From Coriobacteriia bacterium (GTDB lineage: Bacteria > Actinomycetota > Coriobacteriia > Anaerosomatales > PALSA-660), in the NCBI GenBank assembly GCA_025361335.1, contig JANYAK010000037.1:2320-66319 (forward strand): 64,000 nt of DNA, read 5' to 3'. A program made the position numbers and the translations under genes. A model generated the notes under the pieces. That model made no database searches, had not been told where the DNA came from, and was given only the letters and a program-made list of their open reading frames with translations. Positions 45,693 to 54,612 of the stretch are shown here, one piece after another (within the stretch, counting starts at the first letter, position 1; every line of letters starts with the position of its first letter).

Positions 45693-48600
45693 CAACATGA
45701 CGTCGGCCGCGGCAGTCGCCGAGATAGTGTGGTTGCCCTGGATGTTGGTGAACGTGTGGGTGAACGGACCCGGCGGGATAGCGCCTACCGAGACGCTGTC
45801 GACGACAACGCTGGCCACGTGATAGCCGGGGAGCGCGGTGAACGTGAACGGCACGTCGAGCGTCCCGTACGGCACAGTCCGAGTCACGCCCGGCGAGACC
45901 GTGAGGTTAGGCCCGACGGTCGGAGCGAGCGTGAACATGTCGACGGCGAACGTCGCTGTGATGGTGTGGTTGCCCGCATCGGCAGCCAGGATCGTGTGAG
46001 TGCCGGCCGTGCCCACGGACAGGCCGTCGACCTTGACGGTCTCGATGTGGTAGCCGGTGTCCGGCGTGATCGTGAAGGTCAGGTCGGTCGGGCTGGCCAC
46101 CGGCGTACCCTGGGGCGTCGCCGGAGAGATCGAGCCGTTCGGCCCGGCACTCGGCGTGGTGACGTAGCTGGCGAAGAACACCCTTCCCAGCGGCATGACG
46201 TCCGAGAATCCGGAGGCGATGTCGCTGCCGAGGGTGACGGTGGCGGCGTTGAACGCGCCCACCTTGTAGCGATAGCCGCGCCCGCCGATCGTTGTCCGGT
46301 CCACGTAGGCCGTGGTGTTGGCGGGAGCCGTGGCCACGACCGAGAAGGCGCCGGCCACTCCGCCCGCGTCCAGCGGGGCGCGCATGACGTGGAACCCGAC
46401 CTCGTTGGCGAGATTCCCACGCGTCCCGAAGGCGCCGGGGACGGTCGCGTCATCCCATGCAAGCGCCACAGGTGCGCCGGAGACGCCAGTCGCCGACGCG
46501 GTCGGCGTGGCGGGCAGAGAGCGCCCGACCGCGAAGTCGATCGGCCGCATCATCTCCATCTCTTCGTGACTGAGGATGTGGCAGTGCCACATGTACTCCC
46601 ACCCGAAGTTGACGATCTGGTTGAGGGTCGGGGAGGCCAGCGGGTCGCCGGTCAGGGTGTCGAGATTCGTGAAGCCCATGGTCGCATCCGGTGGCTGGGT
46701 CGGATCGAGGAACCGGATGCTGTCCGGCACGCCGAACTCGTCTTGGGGAGCGACGGGACGCAGGGCCACGATCGTGTCCTCGAGCGGGCTGACGCGCACG
46801 GTCTCTTTCCAGCCCAGCTCGTTCGGGTCGGGCAGTTCGATCGCCCCGTCCCAGCCGACCCTGTTGAGCAGCTGGACGTTGAACAGATGGAAGTGGATCG
46901 GGTGAGTGTCGACGCCGTTGTGCGTGATCTTCCAGATCTGGGTCCCGTCACCGGCCACCGGCGCCATCGGCGTCACGGAGTCCAGGATGTTCTCGGTGGC
47001 CGGGTCGATATAGCTCTGCCCGATGAACTGCTGAGTGACGGCGTTGCCGGTGGGAACCTCGAGCCCGAGCTTGCCCATCATGCGCCCGTACTGGTCGTAC
47101 GCCCCGCCCATCTCGTCGTGGAGGGCCTTGGGCTCCATGTGCAGATCGATGTGCGTCCCCGCGACCGTGCTGATGGTCATCGTCGTGTCTTGGATCCGCG
47201 AGTAGCCCCACAGCGGGAAGATGCTCGGGAACGACGTGGCGTACGTCGAGTCATACGGCGCCTGACCCACGATGATGGGATCCTGTGAAGCCGCGAACAC
47301 ACCGGGCTTCGTGGGAGTCGATACGAATGCCGCCGTCAGCTTGGACATGTCATACGCCGGTGCGGCCGCCACTCCGGCGATCTTGATCTGCATGATCGTG
47401 CGCGTGTTCGGACCGCGCCCGACCTCAGTCGTCGCCGTTCCGCCGGTGTCGGTATTGTCCAGGTCGCCGGTGTAGTAGTCGACGCGCGGATCTCGCGCCG
47501 GGAACGCCGCCGGGGCGTCGTTGTACAGGATGAGCGTCTTGCCCGCGTACTTGGAGAAGTCGACGATGACGTCAGCCCGCTCGGCTGGTGCCACGAGGAG
47601 GGCATGGCTCGACACGTTACCGAACGTGAACGTCTTCATGTTGCGGTTCCAGTCGACCGGCTGGTTCTTGACCACGGTCGGCTGGGGCAGGAAGCCGGCC
47701 TCGTTGCCGATCTGGATGAAGTCCGGACCGACGGTGTTGGGGTCGGGCACTCCACCGTCGCGGCCGTCCACGGGCCACAACGCCGGGAACCCGGCCGTCG
47801 GCCCCGCCGGGACCATCTTGACCTCGGTCATCCCGCGCCCGTCACAGGTGACGACCGCCGGGTCGGCTTGGTACAGCTGGAGGTTCCAGAAGCGGTCGTT
47901 CGCGCCGTTGAGGATGCGGAAGCGATACGACTTCGGCTGCAGCGTCACCGTCGGGTACGCGGTGCCGTTGACCAGAGGGGTGTCCATGAACGCTTCCATG
48001 ACCGAAGAGGTCGCGGGAACTCCCGGCATGACCGGCGGCTCCCAGGGAGCGTTGATGGGATCGTAGTAGGGGTTGGGCACGGGACCGAACTGGATGTCCG
48101 TGGTGGGCGGGAAGAACCAGGGCCCGTAGTCCCAACGGCCCATCGCGTTCGCGCCACTCACGTCGTAGGGGTTCTGGTTCGGCATGTAGACGTGCGGGAA
48201 CCACAGGTCGCCGGTGTTGGGGGTACCCGGGGTCTGGCCCCAGTTCCACGTCGGGTCGGTCTTCATAGTCGTCTTGGCATCCACGAACGTCTTGTCCTGG
48301 ATGATGAGAGGTATCTGGTCCGACGGGATGATGCCGTCGTTGATGAGCGTCTGCTCGGCGGCGTCGGTCAGCATGTAGCCGGCCGCCTCACCCGAGTACA
48401 CGTTCAGCCGGGTGATCCCGTAGGCGTGGTCGTGGTACCACATCATGCGGGCGCTCTGCTGGTTGGTGTAGAAGAACGTCATCGAGCCATCGCCGGGGTC
48501 TGGCATGTCCGGCACGTTCTGGACGCTTACGCCCTTGGGGTACGGAGTGTTCTCCCCCGCGGGAGTGATCCACTGGTGCGGCGTGCCGTCGCTGATCCAC

Positions 48601-49403
48601 GGCGTCTTGCCTCCGTGGAGGTGCAGGACGGCGCGATTCTGCGTGTAGTCCATCGGCTGGCCGGCAGGGACATCCATCATGAGCGGGCCCATGCCCGCGC
48701 CCATCACGGTGGTGTCGACGGGCAGGTAGAGGTCGCCGCCCGAGCCGGTCGGGAGCTTGTTGGTGAACTTCACGCGGACCGGGCGATCCTTGGTGGCGAG
48801 GATGGTCGGCCCGAGGTAGTGGATCGGATCGGGAGCCACGTTCTCGGCGGTTCCCGCCGTGTTGGTGCCCATGTTCACCTGCACGTAGCCGCGCAGGGTC
48901 GTGGGCGGCAGATCGGAGTGCATCTTCTGTGTGTACTCGCGCAGCTCGATCTCATAGTAGTCACTGCCCGGATACGTTCGCGTGTCCGGATGGGCCACCG
49001 AGAGATACTGCCCCAGGTTGTTCGCGTTCGCTGCTCCCAATCCCGGGAGCCCATCGACGAACTTCCTGATCGGCGGGGTGTAGGACCAGTTCGGCACGGT
49101 GCCGAAGTAATCAGGCTGCCCACCGGGGGTCGCCGTGACCAGAGCGGACGCCGCAACGCCGGTGGCGGACATGCCTCCCGGGGTGAAGAGCCCCTCGAGG
49201 CGCATCTTCACCTTGAGTCGCTCGGCGGCCGCTTGCCGCTGCGCCGGTCTCGCCTGCAGAGCCAGCGTGCGTGCGATCTTCGACCCGAGATCGGGACCCG
49301 AGCTCCCGACGGTGGCCGCTGAGACTCCTTGGACCACTCCGAACACGAGGAGGGCCGCGATGAGCACGATCCTGGCGGGCCTACCTAGACCACGAACCTG
49401 CAT
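45249..49403 (-). CDS. large secreted multicopper oxidase with C-terminal Fn3-like, B-repeat-like and triple RFYN..HFYT repeat domains
   Basis: Signal peptide ...VQGVSA/AT. Four MCO copper motifs are present: HLHGG, WYHDHA, HPIHFHL and HCHILSHEEMEMM. GGGAGG RBS. 1384 aa. Confidence 0.9.
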   Translation of the reverse strand: MQVRGLGRPARIVLIAALLVFGVVQGVSAATVGSSGPDLGSKIARTLALQARPAQRQAAAERLKVKMRLEGLFTPGGMSATGVAASALVTATPGGQPDYFGTVPNWSYTPPIRKFVDGLPGLGAANANNLGQYLSVAHPDTRTYPGSDYYEIELREYTQKMHSDLPPTTLRGYVQVNMGTNTAGTAENVAPDPIHYLGPTILATKDRPVRVKFTNKLPTGSGGDLYLPVDTTVMGAGMGPLMMDVPAGQPMDYTQNRAVLHLHGGKTPWISDGTPHQWITPAGENTPYPKGVSVQNVPDMPDPGDGSMTFFYTNQQSARMMWYHDHAYGITRLNVYSGEAAGYMLTDAAEQTLINDGIIPSDQIPLIIQDKTFVDAKTTMKTDPTWNWGQTPGTPNTGDLWFPHVYMPNQNPYDVSGANAMGRWDYGPWFFPPTTDIQFGPVPNPYYDPINAPWEPPVMPGVPATSSVMEAFMDTPLVNGTAYPTVTLQPKSYRFRILNGANDRFWNLQLYQADPAVVTCDGRGMTEVKMVPAGPTAGFPALWPVDGRDGGVPDPNTVGPDFIQIGNEAGFLPQPTVVKNQPVDWNRNMKTFTFGNVSSHALLVAPAERADVIVDFSKYAGKTLILYNDAPAAFPARDPRVDYYTGDLDNTDTGGTATTEVGRGPNTRTIMQIKIAGVAAAPAYDMSKLTAAFVSTPTKPGVFAASQDPIIVGQAPYDSTYATSFPSIFPLWGYSRIQDTTMTISTVAGTHIDLHMEPKALHDEMGGAYDQYGRMMGKLGLEVPTGNAVTQQFIGQSYIDPATENILDSVTPMAPVAGDGTQIWKITHNGVDTHPIHFHLFNVQLLNRVGWDGAIELPDPNELGWKETVRVSPLEDTIVALRPVAPQDEFGVPDSIRFLDPTQPPDATMGFTNLDTLTGDPLASPTLNQIVNFGWEYMWHCHILSHEEMEMMRPIDFAVGRSLPATPTASATGVSGAPVALAWDDATVPGAFGTRGNLANEVGFHVMRAPLDAGGVAGAFSVVATAPANTTAYVDRTTIGGRGYRYKVGAFNAATVTLGSDIASGFSDVMPLGRVFFASYVTTPSAGPNGSISPATPQGTPVASPTDLTFTITPDTGYHIETVKVDGLSVGTAGTHTILAADAGNHTITATFAVDMFTLAPTVGPNLTVSPGVTRTVPYGTLDVPFTFTALPGYHVASVVVDSVSVGAIPPGPFTHTFTNIQGNHTISATAAADVMLPVFRFYNMRNGSHFYTINVAERDSIIALQSFTYLDESVAYSINQSNPANVTPLFRFFNFRNGTHFYTASVGERDSIIANLAGTYRYENIAYYVSAWPCPAPTIPVFRFYNFRNDTHFFTANPDERDWIIATMSSSMRFEGIGFYVGQ

Positions 49404-49492
49404 CTTGCGCCTCCCTGACTTGCCCCTTGCTGTCGTCCGACAGCTGTCAACCCCGACGTCCGGTATTTCTCCACGAACCTATAAACGAAACT

Positions 49493-49516
49493 GAAGACGG
49501 CCGGACGGCCGTCTTC
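49493..49516 (-). terminator. intrinsic terminator after the 662-aa gene
   Basis: gaagacggcc-ggac-ggccgtcttc, a 10-bp perfect stem. On the minus strand it is followed by AGTTTCGTTTAT. Confidence 0.6.
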
Positions 49517-49612
49517 ACAGGTGCGCGGTCGAGGAGTCTTCGTGAGACGAGTATGGACGCGCGGACACGCTTCGCGTGGGCGGGCCGCTCAACGGTCTCT
49601 ACGCGGGGCTGC

Positions 49613-51601
49613 CTACCGGCGCACACTCCCGCCCTCAAGGCGGGCCAGCTCTCGGTACCAGCCGACGCTATCGATGATGTAGGCGTCAGCTCCGGGGTCG
49701 GGGAGCGTCAGCCTGATGGTCTGCCCCGGCACCAGATGCACGCGCCGGTCATCACGCGACTGGAGCGCGCTCGCGGCTCCACGCAGCGGCCCCACGACCG
49801 TGGGCGCCAGGATTCGGACGCGAGCACGATCGCCCGGAGCGCTCGAAAGCGCGAGGCGATCCACGAGTTGGAACACGCTCGCGTCGCACGAGACCGCCGT
49901 GATCCGGACTGTGACGCGTTCACGGCGCACGAAGGCTGCGACGTCGAAGGCCGTGGTGTCGCTCTGCTCCCGCGGATGCGCTTCTCCCACGAACGTCCAG
50001 CGGCCGTCGGCCAGCGCCTCGACCCGGATACCCGGCCGCTTCGGCACGAGCGACGGGGTGCTCCCGTCGCGCTCGAAGCCGTCGACGGTCATCAGGAGGA
50101 CCGCACCCGGGCCCCCAGCATGGAACTCGGCAGTCACCGTGGCGTCGTCGTAGCCCTTGAGGCCGATCCCGTCGACGGCGGCGAGCGCCGCAGCCGGCGC
50201 ACCGCTCACTCTCAGCGCCGCGGATGCGCCGCGCACGCTGTAGGCCGTCCCATCAGGGGACATCGCGGCATCGTAGCCCTCGGGGACGTCCACTGCGCGC
50301 AGAGCCAGGCGGTCGATGAAGCTCTCCTCGGCGCGGACTTCCGACACGCGCAGCTCGAGCATCCCGTCGCGGCTGGACGCGGCCGCGAACAGCATGCTGT
50401 CGACGTACTCGCGGCTCGGGTCGCGCGAGACCGAGATGATGTCGTTGACGGGCGAGAACGCGCGACCATCCCATGCGTACAGGAACGGGCATGACTTCAC
50501 GGTGCCGTCCCACCAGCTGGGCATCGTCTTCACGTCGGGCTTGTAGTCCGGGCTCGTCGCCACAGGCGGCGCGTTCTTGACCAGAGGGAGGGTGCTCGTG
50601 AGGGCGCCCGCTTCGTTCTTGCGCACGATCATCGGCTCGAGGCCGTTCGCCCCGTAGTACTGGCCGATCACGAACTCCTTCTCGCCCGCCTCGAATGCGG
50701 CCTTGTCCTCGTCGGACAGCATGATGCCGCCCATGGCGCCCTTGGGCGTGTTGGCCGGATCCACCAACTTGACCTCGTCCGTCATGACGGACTTGAACGG
50801 GTTGTCGCCGATGGACGGCAGGGTGACCTCCCCCTCGTTGCCGCCGGGACCCGCGTCGATGGCGATGTCCTTGGCCATGGTGAGCGCGAGGTTTCGCGTG
50901 AGGGCCGCGTACTCGTCGTCGCTCGCTCCCGACGCCTTCTTGTTCGCGATGGTCGTCGCTACGGCGTTCTGGAGCGCGCGCACCTTGGTTTCAAGGACGT
51001 AGGCCTCCATGGCGCTGACCGGGGGCACCTTCTTGCCGGCTCCCACCTTGCCGTAGTCGATCGCGTTGATGTCCTTCAGCAAGTCGCTGATGTCGGCCGA
51101 AGGCGCGGTCGCGGCATCGATGCCCGCTTGCCCCAGGCCGGTGCCGCCGTAGACGTCCCAGCCGAACTTCACGGCCTTGCCGACTTTGGAGAGCTTGTCC
51201 ATCTGCACCCCGGCGAGCGCGGCGTCGTAGGCGGTCATGCTCACGTTCTTCGCGACATCCAGATTCGCGCCGGTCTCGGTCTTGTCGGCGAGCACTATCA
51301 TCTTGTCCGCGTTGTCGACCAGGATCTTGGCGTCGGAGGTGTCGACGCCCGCCAGCTTGGTCTTCGTGTTGCCGGCCTCGTAGCGCATCTGGTCGGTCGC
51401 CGCGTCGAGGTCCGACTTGTTCTTCACGGACGCGACTACCTGGCTGCCGCCCAAGATGGTCGTGGAGAGCAGACTCGTGATGGCGAGCCAGCCCAGGATG
51501 CCGATCGTGAACGGCTCGCCCCTGTCATCGCGGATCACGCTCCATGCGAGGGCGCGCCATCGGCGCGGGCGAGTGGTTTCGGATCGCATGCGCAGTCTCA
51601 T
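49613..51601 (-). CDS. membrane-anchored protein of unknown function (662 aa)
   Basis: N-terminal TM helix (FTIGILGWLAITSLLSTTILGG), a Lys/Asp/Ala-rich helical middle and a beta-rich C-terminal half beginning SCPFLYAWDGRAFSPVNDI. ATGA overlap with the upstream gene. Confidence 0.7.
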   Translation of the reverse strand: MRLRMRSETTRPRRWRALAWSVIRDDRGEPFTIGILGWLAITSLLSTTILGGSQVVASVKNKSDLDAATDQMRYEAGNTKTKLAGVDTSDAKILVDNADKMIVLADKTETGANLDVAKNVSMTAYDAALAGVQMDKLSKVGKAVKFGWDVYGGTGLGQAGIDAATAPSADISDLLKDINAIDYGKVGAGKKVPPVSAMEAYVLETKVRALQNAVATTIANKKASGASDDEYAALTRNLALTMAKDIAIDAGPGGNEGEVTLPSIGDNPFKSVMTDEVKLVDPANTPKGAMGGIMLSDEDKAAFEAGEKEFVIGQYYGANGLEPMIVRKNEAGALTSTLPLVKNAPPVATSPDYKPDVKTMPSWWDGTVKSCPFLYAWDGRAFSPVNDIISVSRDPSREYVDSMLFAAASSRDGMLELRVSEVRAEESFIDRLALRAVDVPEGYDAAMSPDGTAYSVRGASAALRVSGAPAAALAAVDGIGLKGYDDATVTAEFHAGGPGAVLLMTVDGFERDGSTPSLVPKRPGIRVEALADGRWTFVGEAHPREQSDTTAFDVAAFVRRERVTVRITAVSCDASVFQLVDRLALSSAPGDRARVRILAPTVVGPLRGAASALQSRDDRRVHLVPGQTIRLTLPDPGADAYIIDSVGWYRELARLEGGSVRR

Positions 51602-52347
51602 TTCGCGACCCCTTCCATGATGACCGGCGCGGTCTGCACGCCCACCAGCTTCCCGTTGTCGAACTCGGCCATCACCTGGTCGCCGAAGACGTACGCCTCG
51701 AGTCCCTTGAAGGCGTCGGGTGCGACGTCGGCGGCCTTCGTCGGTGCACTTCCCACGACCTTCACCACGTCGTTCACCGACATCCCGCGATAGAACTCCT
51801 CGGGGCGAAGCTTCGGGTAGGTGGTGCCCGCCGGGACGACCGGGGTGGCCTTCGTCCCCATGGCCTTGCCGTCACGGAAGATGAACTGCGTCCCCATCTC
51901 GTGGTAGGACCACGTCTCGACGCGGTGCATCGGGAAGCCGTCCTTGCCGACAGCGTCGTGTGTGGGATCGGGCGCGCAGATCACGGAGAACGTCTGCGGC
52001 GGGCCGAATTCCTTCACGGCGCGCGTCTGGTCCGCCGAGGGCTTCCAGGGCTCGGCTCTGTCGGAGTTGCCGAAGATCAGGACCGCGGCGACGACCGCGC
52101 CGCAGCATGCGAGCAAGCCGAAGATGATGCCACCGACGATCAGAAGAGTGAGCCCGGTAGAGCGCTTCGGCCCGGACGGGGGAGGCGGAGGCGGCGCGGC
52201 GTACTGCGGCTGGTAGGGCTGCTGTGCCGGAGGCGGCGGCGGGGCCGGATACTGCCCGGGAGGAGGAGGCGCCGGGTACTGCGCTGGAGGCTGAGCGGGC
52301 GCTTGCGCAGGATCGCCTTCCAAGGCGGGCTGCCAGCCGTCGGCCAT
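51598..52347 (-). CDS. Pro-rich N-terminus / single-TM protein of unknown function
   Basis: QYPAPPPPGQYPAPPPPPAQQPYQPQY low-complexity head, a TM helix (LTLLIVGGIIFGLLACCGAVVAAVLIF) and an extracytoplasmic ~150-aa domain. Confidence 0.7.
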   Translation of the reverse strand: MADGWQPALEGDPAQAPAQPPAQYPAPPPPGQYPAPPPPPAQQPYQPQYAAPPPPPPSGPKRSTGLTLLIVGGIIFGLLACCGAVVAAVLIFGNSDRAEPWKPSADQTRAVKEFGPPQTFSVICAPDPTHDAVGKDGFPMHRVETWSYHEMGTQFIFRDGKAMGTKATPVVPAGTTYPKLRPEEFYRGMSVNDVVKVVGSAPTKAADVAPDAFKGLEAYVFGDQVMAEFDNGKLVGVQTAPVIMEGVAK

Positions 52348-52405
52348 GAGCGCGACCCCCTTCGCATGCGAGTCGCGGCCGACCCGCTACGAGCCTGACC
52401 CCGCC

Positions 52406-52411
52406 ATTGTA
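52406..52411 (-). promoter_or_regulatory. putative -10 element (TACAAT) upstream of the Pro-rich/662-aa operon
   Basis: The minus strand reads cgtcagcgcTACAATggcgg, about 55 nt upstream of ATG 52347. The -35 is poor (TTCGTC). Confidence 0.35.
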
Positions 52412-52478
52412 GCGCTGACGTCGTCGCGGACGAAGATCATGGATGACCGGTAGGCTAGACGAGACGGACGGGAACAGA

Positions 52479-52889
52479 TCAGCGCTGTCCGCCCACCAGC
52501 TTCCAAGGGCTGCGGCGCGCCAGCGCTGCCGTCTCGTCCTCACTGAGACAGGCGAACTGCTTGCCAAGTACCCGCAGCACGTTCGGATAGCTGAAGTTGA
52601 AGAACGGTGACACCGACGAACCGGCCTTCGTCGACCGGAGGAACTTCGTCTCCATCGCGGTGAAGCACTGGAAGGCGTACGCCTTGTGGTAGACGGGAGC
52701 GTCCGTGGCCTCGCCGCGGACGTCGACCCGGTCGCCGCTCAGCTCGACCAGGAACGTCGGCGGCTTCGCGTACTCCGGGGGCAGGCGATGCAGAAGAAGG
52801 TAGCTCTTCCCGTCCGCACCGCGGAACCCCCGCTCGACCCGGACCTGCTTGCCCTCTGGGTCCTTCTCGGACCGGATGAAGACCGTCAT
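52479..52889 (-). CDS. hypothetical cytoplasmic protein (136 aa)
   Basis: Plausible composition (MTVFIRSEKDPEGKQVRVERGFRG...). GGGGAG RBS 7 nt upstream. TGGTAAGAT extended -10-like element upstream. No family recognised. Confidence 0.6.
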   Translation of the reverse strand: MTVFIRSEKDPEGKQVRVERGFRGADGKSYLLLHRLPPEYAKPPTFLVELSGDRVDVRGEATDAPVYHKAYAFQCFTAMETKFLRSTKAGSSVSPFFNFSYPNVLRVLGKQFACLSEDETAALARRSPWKLVGGQR

Positions 52890-52991
52890 TCGAACACTCC
52901 CCGTGTGATTCCGTCGTCACCGCGCATGTGGCACATCTTACCACCGGCTCGGCGAAGGCCGACCCCGGCTCTGCTCCCGCCACCCGTGCTC

Positions 52992-53960
52992 CTATGGCGA
53001 GGTCGCGGGGGCGCCGGTCTCGTCGGCCAGGAACGGATGCGCACGTTGGTCGTCATTGTCAGGTTCGACATGGACTACGACATCCTTCAACCCGGGGAAT
53101 TGTCCGCACAGGAAACGCTCCAGCCCCTGCGCGATCACGTGCGCTTCAGCCACGCTCAACTCGGGATCGACGAGGATGCTCATGTCCATGTGCACCACGG
53201 CTCCCGTGCCGCGGGTGCGTATGTTGTGGCTGCCGCGCACCCCGGGGAACTCGAGCACCTTGCTCGACACTTCGTGAGGGTCGAGGCGGGCCGCGTCCGA
53301 GAAGGTCACGGTGACGCCTCGGAACACCTCGACCGCCGCCCACACGATCGCGAACGCCACGAACAGGCCCACGATCGGGTCGGCGAGCGCGACGCCCTCG
53401 CGCACGAGGACGAGGGAGACCAGTACGCCCAGAGTCACCCAGATGTCGGACAGGGTGTGCTTCGCGTCAGAGAGCAAGACGTCGCTGTCGAGCTGTCTGC
53501 CCAGGCGATTCTCGAACCACACCACGAAGATGTTGATGGCGAGGGTGCTGAGCATGACGACGAACGACGTGATCGTCACTTCGACCTTCGGCAGGGTCCC
53601 ATTGGCCGCATAGGCCGTCAGCGAGGAGATGGAACCCGAAGCGACTCTCCAAGCCGCGAGGCAGAGCATCACCCCGATCACCGCGCTGGCGAAGGATTCG
53701 TATTTCTGATGCCCGTAGGGGTGGTCCTCGTCCAGCGGCTTGCTGGCGAAGCGCATCGCCACAAGCGCGACGACGTTGCCCGACGCATCAGCCAGGGAGT
53801 GGATCCCGTCGGCGAACATCGCAGTCGAGCCGCTGACCAGTCCCCATGCGGCCTTGGCGCCCGAGACGGCCACGTTGAGCCACAGTATCTGCCACAGGAC
53901 GCGGCTGATCCCGCCGGTCCGCGCTTCCGTCGATACCACCGTGCCCCCTCTTCCCTTCAC
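52992..53960 (-). CDS. cation diffusion facilitator (CDF) family metal efflux transporter
   Basis: TM domain with ADGIHSLADASGN and HPYGHQKYE motifs plus a C-terminal cytoplasmic domain. Start uncertain (GTG 53960 or downstream). Confidence 0.88.
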   Translation of the reverse strand: MKGRGGTVVSTEARTGGISRVLWQILWLNVAVSGAKAAWGLVSGSTAMFADGIHSLADASGNVVALVAMRFASKPLDEDHPYGHQKYESFASAVIGVMLCLAAWRVASGSISSLTAYAANGTLPKVEVTITSFVVMLSTLAINIFVVWFENRLGRQLDSDVLLSDAKHTLSDIWVTLGVLVSLVLVREGVALADPIVGLFVAFAIVWAAVEVFRGVTVTFSDAARLDPHEVSSKVLEFPGVRGSHNIRTRGTGAVVHMDMSILVDPELSVAEAHVIAQGLERFLCGQFPGLKDVVVHVEPDNDDQRAHPFLADETGAPATSP

Positions 53961-53996
53961 AGGCTGTTCCCTCGACAGTGTAGCCGCGATGCTGGG

Positions 53997-54491
53997 CTAC
54001 GGCAGGGCGCGCGCGAGGGCCGCTCCCCATTCGCGGGCGCGGTCGACCTCGCCGTCTCGCAGGATGCCATACTTGCCGGTGACGATGAACGAGGCCGGTG
54101 GCGCCATTGTCGCGTATCCGGCCGCTTCGAGCGCCGCCGAGATGGTCTTGACCGAGTGCCCGAACGGCCCGCGCACCCGGGTCTCGAACGCCGCGGAGCG
54201 TCCGCTGCCCGCGGGCAGGGACTCGAGCCACGTGCGCATCATCGGGTGCGAGAGGTCGGGTTTCGGCGCCGTGGACGGCAAGGACTGCGGACTCGGTCGC
54301 GTCGCGTCGGACGTGAGGTTGAACGCGATCACGGGCGCGCCGGCGACTATCAGGTCGACGCCGGCCAGCGCTTCGGGCGTCGCCTGCGCCGTCGAGAGCG
54401 CGAGTGTCCCGGCGCCAAGGCCTTCGGCGATGGCCTGCGCGATCTTGGCCGTGTTCCCCCATAGAGACTCGTACACGACGACGGCCTTCAT
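53997..54491 (-). CDS. flavodoxin-like fold protein
   Basis: MKAVVVYESLWGNTAKIAQAIAEGL, a flavodoxin-type N-terminus. GGAGGGAG RBS. The track ORF of 216 aa is over-extended. Confidence 0.8.
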   Translation of the reverse strand: MKAVVVYESLWGNTAKIAQAIAEGLGAGTLALSTAQATPEALAGVDLIVAGAPVIAFNLTSDATRPSPQSLPSTAPKPDLSHPMMRTWLESLPAGSGRSAAFETRVRGPFGHSVKTISAALEAAGYATMAPPASFIVTGKYGILRDGEVDRAREWGAALARALP

Positions 54492-54612
54492 GGCGCTCTC
54501 CCTCCGTGACTGAACGCCCCTAAGGCGTTGAGAACGAGACACATCTGCACAGCATACGACGCCGGCGCCGGGCCGGGCATGACCGGCCAAGGCCGGGCCA
54601 CCCGGGCTCCCG

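Noticed and set aside
45501-49322. 595-aa and 572-aa plus-strand ORFs inside the oxidase locus
   Set aside because: They are antisense to the multicopper oxidase, whose four copper motifs fix the coding strand. The composition is typical of shadow ORFs.
52686-54464. 592-aa plus-strand ORF across the hypothetical, CDF and flavodoxin-like genes
   Set aside because: It is antisense to three independently supported minus-strand genes.
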